A stretch of DNA of 11,326 nt from Candidatus Cryosericum sp. (GTDB taxonomy: Bacteria; Caldisericota; Caldisericia; Cryosericales; Cryosericaceae), in assembly GCA_049699855.1 (NCBI GenBank), contig JBNAWM010000048.1, forward strand, positions 1 to 11,326, read 5' to 3'. The position numbers and the translations under genes are program-made. The notes under the pieces are model-generated. The model ran no database searches and was not told the origin of the DNA. It was given only the letters and a program-made list of their open reading frames with translations. Position 1 is the first letter of the stretch, and every line of letters starts with the position of its first letter. This document shows positions 6,360 to 11,326 of the stretch, in pieces.

Positions 6360-7523
6360 GTGAACAGTTTTCCCCGGGTCGTGGTCGACCTCGATTGTTT
6401 GACCAGCAACGCCATCAAGGTGCGCTCGCTCTGTCGAGACCACAATCTTGGCGTCGTGGCGGTCACGAAGGGAGTCACCTCTGATGCCGAGATCGTTCAG
6501 GCGTTTATGCGCGGCGGCATTCACAGCATCGGCGACTCCAGGGTCCATGACTTTCTCAGTTTGCGGCAAGAGGAGTTTGGCGTCCTCGAGCTGACACTGC
6601 TGAGGCAGCCACCCAGGTCACAGATGGATCTGGTCCCGCACATTACGGATCGTGCCTTCATGTCGGAGCTGAGTGCCGCGAAAGCGCTGGGACAGGCTGC
6701 GCTGGCCAAGGGAACCGTCTGCGATATTCTTGTCGTGGTCGAGATGGGAGACCGGCGTGACGGCGTTCCTCTTGCAGAACTGACCTCCTTTCTCCGTTCG
6801 GCCTCGACCATCGACGGCATCGAGGTCACGGGACTTGCCACCAATCTGGGATGTATCACGGGGATTCTGCCGACCATCGAGAACCAGGAACGGTTTGGCG
6901 AGGCGGCCGCCCGTGCACGGCGGGAGACGGGTCTGGCGTTGCCCATCATTTCGACAGGGGGCACGGTTGCGCTTAGCCTGATTGAAGATGGCGTGCTTTC
7001 GCACGAGGTTACCGAACTGCGGGCAGGAGAGGCACTGCTGTTGGGCGTCAGCACCACCGATTCGCGCGTCATTCCCTGGCTGAGGCAGGATGCATTTGTG
7101 CTCGAGGCCGAAGTTGTCGAAGTGCGGGACAAGCCGAGCGCCCCCGATGGCCCGGTGGGACTGGATGCAGAGGGGCGCCAGCCTCAGATCGTGGACCGCG
7201 GCATTCGGCGGCGTGCTGTGGTGGCTCTCGGGTACACCGACACGGACCCTGCAGCGTTGATACCCCTGGACGCCGGCGTTACCATTGCAGGCAGTTCAAG
7301 CGATCACATGGTGCTGGATGTATCGGATGCGGAACGGGAGTTCAAGGAAGGGGATGTGGTCCATTTTCGGATGAAGTATGCTGCGCTGCTGCACTCGATG
7401 CTGTCACCGTATGTGGCCCGGGGGTATGTTCGGGCACAGCAGGCATCGAGTGGACAGCTCACCCGCGAAGGGCGGCTGACGAAGGTGCATCAGGAACGTC
7501 CTGGTGACCATGCCGGAGCGTGA
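6360..7523 (+). CDS. Alanine/ornithine racemase family PLP enzyme (Orr-like, fold type III), about 387 aa
   Basis: FPRVVVDL, PLP lysine in AVTK, GDSR, EMGDRRDG, TNLGC, LRAGEA, QDAFVLEAEVVEV, KPSAP.G, GSSSDH and Y.ALL.SMLSPYV. The GTG start at 6360 is chosen from RBS AGGAG (6345-6349). Confidence 0.88.
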   Translation: MNSFPRVVVDLDCLTSNAIKVRSLCRDHNLGVVAVTKGVTSDAEIVQAFMRGGIHSIGDSRVHDFLSLRQEEFGVLELTLLRQPPRSQMDLVPHITDRAFMSELSAAKALGQAALAKGTVCDILVVVEMGDRRDGVPLAELTSFLRSASTIDGIEVTGLATNLGCITGILPTIENQERFGEAAARARRETGLALPIISTGGTVALSLIEDGVLSHEVTELRAGEALLLGVSTTDSRVIPWLRQDAFVLEAEVVEVRDKPSAPDGPVGLDAEGRQPQIVDRGIRRRAVVALGYTDTDPAALIPLDAGVTIAGSSSDHMVLDVSDAEREFKEGDVVHFRMKYAALLHSMLSPYVARGYVRAQQASSGQLTREGRLTKVHQERPGDHAGA

Positions 7524-7536
7524 GAGGGGCGAGAAC

Positions 7537-9114
7537 ATGAGGGAGTGGAGTTGGAACGCGCTGCTGGATCTGCCTGCCGACGAGGCACAGGCTGAAACCG
7601 AGACCGTCGCCATGCCTGGGAGCTGTCCGTGCTCATGTCTGCGCAGTATGGTGCATGCGCTGGACGCAGAGACGATGGAGCAGGCGTTGCTGGAGGCTCA
7701 GGCTGCTCTTGGGGCTGTGACCGGCAGGGTGATCCTTTCTGCGTATCGGAGGAAGGGGACGGAAGCGCGTCTTGAACTGTTGGCGACGGGACAGGATCCC
7801 ACCTCTGCTGCAGCGCGTGCGCGCGCGGATGCAGCCTCGTCGTCGGTGCTCGAGGCCGTGCTGGAAGATGGCAAGGTTCGTCGCGTCATGGTGGAGCAGG
7901 GGGATGTTTCGGCGGCAGTGGTTGCACCTCTGCACGATCACGGTCAAACAAGCGGGCTGCTGCTGGCCGAGTTCATCAGAGGCCAGGCAGGGGTCGGCAA
8001 GCCGGCGGCGGTCTGCATGGAGTGTGTCGCCGCCGTTCTGAGTGTCGCAGCCGTCAGGGTGGCGGCCTCCAAGCGTGAAGCCGACCTGCTGGAATTGTCG
8101 CGCTATCACAGCGTGGCCGAGCTTTCGGCCCAGGTGGCTCATGATCTGAACAACATCATGCAGGGCGTCCTGGGCAATGTGGAAATGGCCAGGATGGAAC
8201 TGCCCGAGGGCAATCCCATCCAACAGTCACTAGGTGTCGCGGAAGACTCGGCTGCCAGAGCTTCGCTCCTTGCGCGCAAACTGCTCAATTTTGCGCGGGA
8301 CAGTGCCAAAGGCAGTCAGACGTGCAATGCTGTTAAGGCGGTTTCGGATGCGGTCGACCTCGCGGGGACCCTGTATCTCAAGGGTGTCCGCGTGATAGGG
8401 GATTTGCCTGCGGCGCCGGTTCCGGTCCGCATGACCGACAATGAACTAGAGAATGCCTTGATACTGCTTATCAAGTCCAGTGTTCTTGAGCTCAGTCCAG
8501 TCACGGGGGTGGAAGTAAGCTTGGCAGATGAACCTGGTAGAGCCCTGGTCACGATTTCGATGAGGATCCAGGGCGTGAGCCGGGAGATCGGCGATGAGGA
8601 CCGCACTGAGGCCTCATTGTTGGTATCGGCGGCACGCGCGGTGGTGACCGCGCGTCGAGGTTTGCTCCAGGTCTCCCCCCTTCCCGGGAGCATTACCATT
8701 TTGCTGAGTGTGGAGAGAGATGTTGCCGAAGAGCCCGGATCTGGTACTCCATCTGCTCAGCCACCGCACGAATCAGGGCTCAGGGGCGTGCACGTTCTGG
8801 TCATCGGCAAGCCATCCGTCGTCCCCGTCTTGCTTGGCACAGCAGGTTGTGAGACAGCAACAGCCCTGAACTGGGAAGAGGGCAGGCAGCGCGCGGTTGA
8901 GTTCAAGGCGCGCGTCATTGTGGCCAGCGTGGGCAGCAGTTCCGAACTCGACGCCGCGGCGGACGGCCGCATACGCCTGGGCTTGCCTGTCATCGTTGTC
9001 AGTCAGCAGGGTGTGGCCTGTCCGCCCGAGAAGACATCTCTGATCGATGCAGTTCTTGGTCAGCCGCTGGACCTTGGCGAGCTGCGCCGTGCACTCGCAC
9101 GCGCCCTTGAGTGA
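7537..9114 (+). CDS. Degenerate hybrid histidine kinase: Cys-containing GAF-like region, HisKA, dead HATPase, pseudo-receiver; about 525 aa
   Basis: H-box VAHDLNNIM...LARKLLNFAR is intact. The N, G1, F and G2 boxes are not recognisable. The C-terminal REC-like fold (VLVIGK, LPVIVVS, VLGQPLDLGEL) lacks the acidic pocket, the Asp and the Lys. ATG 7537 follows GAGAGGGG. Confidence 0.8.
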   Translation: MREWSWNALLDLPADEAQAETETVAMPGSCPCSCLRSMVHALDAETMEQALLEAQAALGAVTGRVILSAYRRKGTEARLELLATGQDPTSAAARARADAASSSVLEAVLEDGKVRRVMVEQGDVSAAVVAPLHDHGQTSGLLLAEFIRGQAGVGKPAAVCMECVAAVLSVAAVRVAASKREADLLELSRYHSVAELSAQVAHDLNNIMQGVLGNVEMARMELPEGNPIQQSLGVAEDSAARASLLARKLLNFARDSAKGSQTCNAVKAVSDAVDLAGTLYLKGVRVIGDLPAAPVPVRMTDNELENALILLIKSSVLELSPVTGVEVSLADEPGRALVTISMRIQGVSREIGDEDRTEASLLVSAARAVVTARRGLLQVSPLPGSITILLSVERDVAEEPGSGTPSAQPPHESGLRGVHVLVIGKPSVVPVLLGTAGCETATALNWEEGRQRAVEFKARVIVASVGSSSELDAAADGRIRLGLPVIVVSQQGVACPPEKTSLIDAVLGQPLDLGELRRALARALE

Positions 9115-9123
9115 CCTTCGTTG

Positions 9124-9166
9124 AATTGTGAATCCCTTTGTACCAGGTACAAATGGATTCACAATT
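9124..9166. repeat. 43-bp near-perfect AT-rich palindrome between convergent genes (probable bidirectional terminator or binding site)
   Basis: AATTGTGAATCCcTTTGTACC-A-GGTACAAAtGGATTCACAATT: 21-bp arms with one mismatch. Confidence 0.9.
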
Positions 9167-9182
9167 GATGAGGAAGCGTTGA

Positions 9183-9824
9183 TCAGAGGAGTTCGAGCGC
9201 TTTAAGTCCGTCCTCGTACTTGGACGAGCTGTGACGCGGAACGACCGCAAAGAATGTCTCAAACGCCCGCATCAGGTCTTGAAGTCCCTCAAACGAACCT
9301 GCTTTCTGCTCGATCTCCAGTTCTGTTGTCTCAGCCTTGCTGCCGGGCCTGCGCGGCGAGCTGAAGACGACCGTGTCGCACGCGATTTCGTAGGCACGTT
9401 TACCTTCATGGAGGATGTAGTGCAGGGCGCGCCTGTCCAGGCATCGCAGTGACGGGGTGAGGGCCAATCCCTTTAGCAGGGCTGACGAAGAAGGAAGGAG
9501 CTGGATGACGTCTTCTGCGCGCGGCAATGTCTTCTCCGAGAAGCCTGGCGCATCCACCTCGTCCTCGGGACGCACCTGGACAAGACCGTCGGGTGATGCA
9601 GAGGGGCCTTTGAGCGAAAAGAACACTCTGCCCTCCATGAGGCGGAGGCGCAGAGCGTAGTGATGATAAAAGAGGGCCAACTCAGGGGTGTCGAGGTACA
9701 GGGTCAGAATGTCAAAGGTGCCGGCATGTTCGAGCGCGAAGTTCCCAATGTGGTCCATGGCGCTCAGACGGCGAAACAGCGCCTGATCCAGCACCTGGTA
9801 TTTGACTTCGCGCTCGATGCCCAC
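9183..9824 (-). CDS. CYTH domain protein (triphosphate tunnel metalloenzyme), 213 aa
   Basis: N-terminal ExExK (EREVKY), YLDTP, ALRLR, SLKGP, ELEIE and SKYEDGL. The GTG start is 1 nt after the pepV stop. Confidence 0.9.
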   Translation of the reverse strand: MGIEREVKYQVLDQALFRRLSAMDHIGNFALEHAGTFDILTLYLDTPELALFYHHYALRLRLMEGRVFFSLKGPSASPDGLVQVRPEDEVDAPGFSEKTLPRAEDVIQLLPSSSALLKGLALTPSLRCLDRRALHYILHEGKRAYEIACDTVVFSSPRRPGSKAETTELEIEQKAGSFEGLQDLMRAFETFFAVVPRHSSSKYEDGLKALELL

Positions 9825-9825
9825 C

Positions 9826-11229
9826 TCAGCCCTTCAACAGCTCTGCCATGGCATATGCATAGATGCGGGTCGCCTTGAGCAGGGCATTGATGTCGATGTA
9901 CTCGTCGGGGCCGTGCTCGGTCATGGGCTGACCGGGGAACAGCGGTCCGAAAGCTACGGCACCCGGAATAGCCCTGGCATATGTGCCGCCGCCGATGGCA
10001 AGACACTTCGCTTCTGTGTTTGTATATTCAGTGTACGCCCTCTGCAGTGTCTGGATCAGTGGCGTTTCAGGGTCAACGTAGTGCGGAGGGCTGTCCGACA
10101 TAACGGTGAAGTCCACCTTGGTGCCGAGAAGCTTGTCGACAAACTGGTCGGTAACCTGTTTGGCGGTGATCTCGATCGGATATCGGATATTGATGACGGC
10201 TGTGCTGTCGTCGTGATCGACGTGCAGAGTGCCAAGGTTGAGGGTGAGAGCGCCAGAGATGTCATCGGAGAAATCGACGCCCAGGCGATGCCCTGTCCAC
10301 TCCGTCCCGACTTCCCGGGCGAGAAACTGCAGTGACGCGTCATCCTCGAGACAGTGGACCGCATCCAGGATCTGCAAGAGCTTCCCAATGGCATTGCGTC
10401 CCTTCTCGGGGGTGGAAGCATGGGCAGGTACGCCTTCAACCTCAACCTTCAGTTCGCCGCTTGCAAGCGTGGTCGAAACGGAGAAATCCTCTCTCGGCAG
10501 ACGATCGATCAGGCCCTGCAGGCGCTGCAGCTTGTCATGATCTGCAACCAGAAGAGCCTCGGCGTGCTGGGGTACGACGTTGGAACGGGTGCCGCCTTCA
10601 GCGTGACGCAGGATGCCACCCCGTGCTCCATGGCCGACCAGCTGCAGGTTGAGAATTCCCTTCTCACCGTTGACGATGGGGAATTCCGCGTCGGGGCTGA
10701 AACCTGCCTCAGGAATGCCATACTTCTTGAAGTAGTAGTCAAAGTCTTCCCATCCCGACTCTTCATCGGTTCCAAACAACAGCATAATGGCATTCTTTGG
10801 CTCAATGTGCTTGGCTTCCAGTGCTGCGCGTGCAGCAGCCAGCGCAAAGATGGTGGCAATCGCAGGCCCCTTGTCATCAGTGGAGCCACGGCCGTACAAC
10901 CGCCCATCCTTGATCGTCCCAGCGAAAGGAGGAACACTCCATCCTGTTCCTTCGGGTACGACATCGACATGAGTCAGGACCGCATACTGGGTGCCGTCGC
11001 CGCCCCACCGAACGCGGCCGACGTAGTGCTCCACATTCTCTGCAGCAAACTGGTGGTCTGCCGCAATTTTCAGCACATAGGTGAGAGCACGGTCGACTTC
11101 CTTGCCAAATGGAGCTTTCGATGTTGCCGTTGCGGGGTCCTTGACCGACGGGATGCCAAGCGCGCCGGTCAGAGCCACCATCATGTCGTTCTCATGCTCG
11201 TTGAGATAGTTGTCGATAGCCTTCTTCAT
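9826..11229 (-). CDS. pepV: M20 family metallodipeptidase, PepV/Sapep type, 467 aa
   Basis: APFG, HVDVVPEG, YGRGSTDDKGP, GTDEESG, SPDAEFP.VNGEKG, AHASTPEKG.NA, GGGTYAR and EHGPDE. Confidence 0.92.
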   Translation of the reverse strand: MKKAIDNYLNEHENDMMVALTGALGIPSVKDPATATSKAPFGKEVDRALTYVLKIAADHQFAAENVEHYVGRVRWGGDGTQYAVLTHVDVVPEGTGWSVPPFAGTIKDGRLYGRGSTDDKGPAIATIFALAAARAALEAKHIEPKNAIMLLFGTDEESGWEDFDYYFKKYGIPEAGFSPDAEFPIVNGEKGILNLQLVGHGARGGILRHAEGGTRSNVVPQHAEALLVADHDKLQRLQGLIDRLPREDFSVSTTLASGELKVEVEGVPAHASTPEKGRNAIGKLLQILDAVHCLEDDASLQFLAREVGTEWTGHRLGVDFSDDISGALTLNLGTLHVDHDDSTAVINIRYPIEITAKQVTDQFVDKLLGTKVDFTVMSDSPPHYVDPETPLIQTLQRAYTEYTNTEAKCLAIGGGTYARAIPGAVAFGPLFPGQPMTEHGPDEYIDINALLKATRIYAYAMAELLKG

Positions 11230-11241
11230 AGACTTCCCCCT

Positions 11242-11326
11242 TTATCTGAAGATCAGGAGCCCGAGTCCACCGGCTGCAACCAGCAGCAGGAACAGGTTGA
11301 GTTTCTTGCCATACTTCAGTATAAGC
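11242..11326 (-). CDS. C-terminus of a membrane protein, possibly a chromate transporter (CHR) family member; 5' end outside the window
   Basis: Minus frame reads LILKYGKKLNLFLLLVAAGGLGLLIFR*, and the stop lies just upstream of the pepV RBS. It resembles CHR C-termini, but only 27 aa are visible. Confidence 0.5.
   Translation of the reverse strand, partial: LILKYGKKLNLFLLLVAAGGLGLLIFR

Overview
An 11.3-kb, mostly high-GC bacterial chromosomal segment. The left edge (1-431) looks accessory: the 3' end of a lower-GC (about 45% by hand count) DUF4829-like gene, a ~155-bp attC-like imperfect palindrome, and a perfect 23-bp tandem duplication. Next are a DUF2892 membrane protein and a stand-alone MsmX/MalK-type sugar ABC ATPase (both minus strand). 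Diverging from them is a two-gene unit: an RNase J-like MBL/beta-CASP nuclease and a SurE with a long basic tail. The most interesting part is a putative three-gene operon (4839-9114). It has a sigma70-type promoter and a ~290-nt structured leader, followed by a non-canonical D-Ala-D-Ala-ligase-like ATP-grasp enzyme, an ornithine/lysine-racemase-family PLP enzyme, and a hybrid histidine kinase. The racemase is in frame with the ligase across a single UGA. The kinase keeps its phospho-His but has lost its ATP-binding and receiver catalytic residues. A 43-bp palindrome separates this operon from a convergent minus-strand unit: a partial probable chromate transporter, a PepV dipeptidase and a CYTH protein. 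All family calls come from motif recognition by eye; no searches or folding were run.
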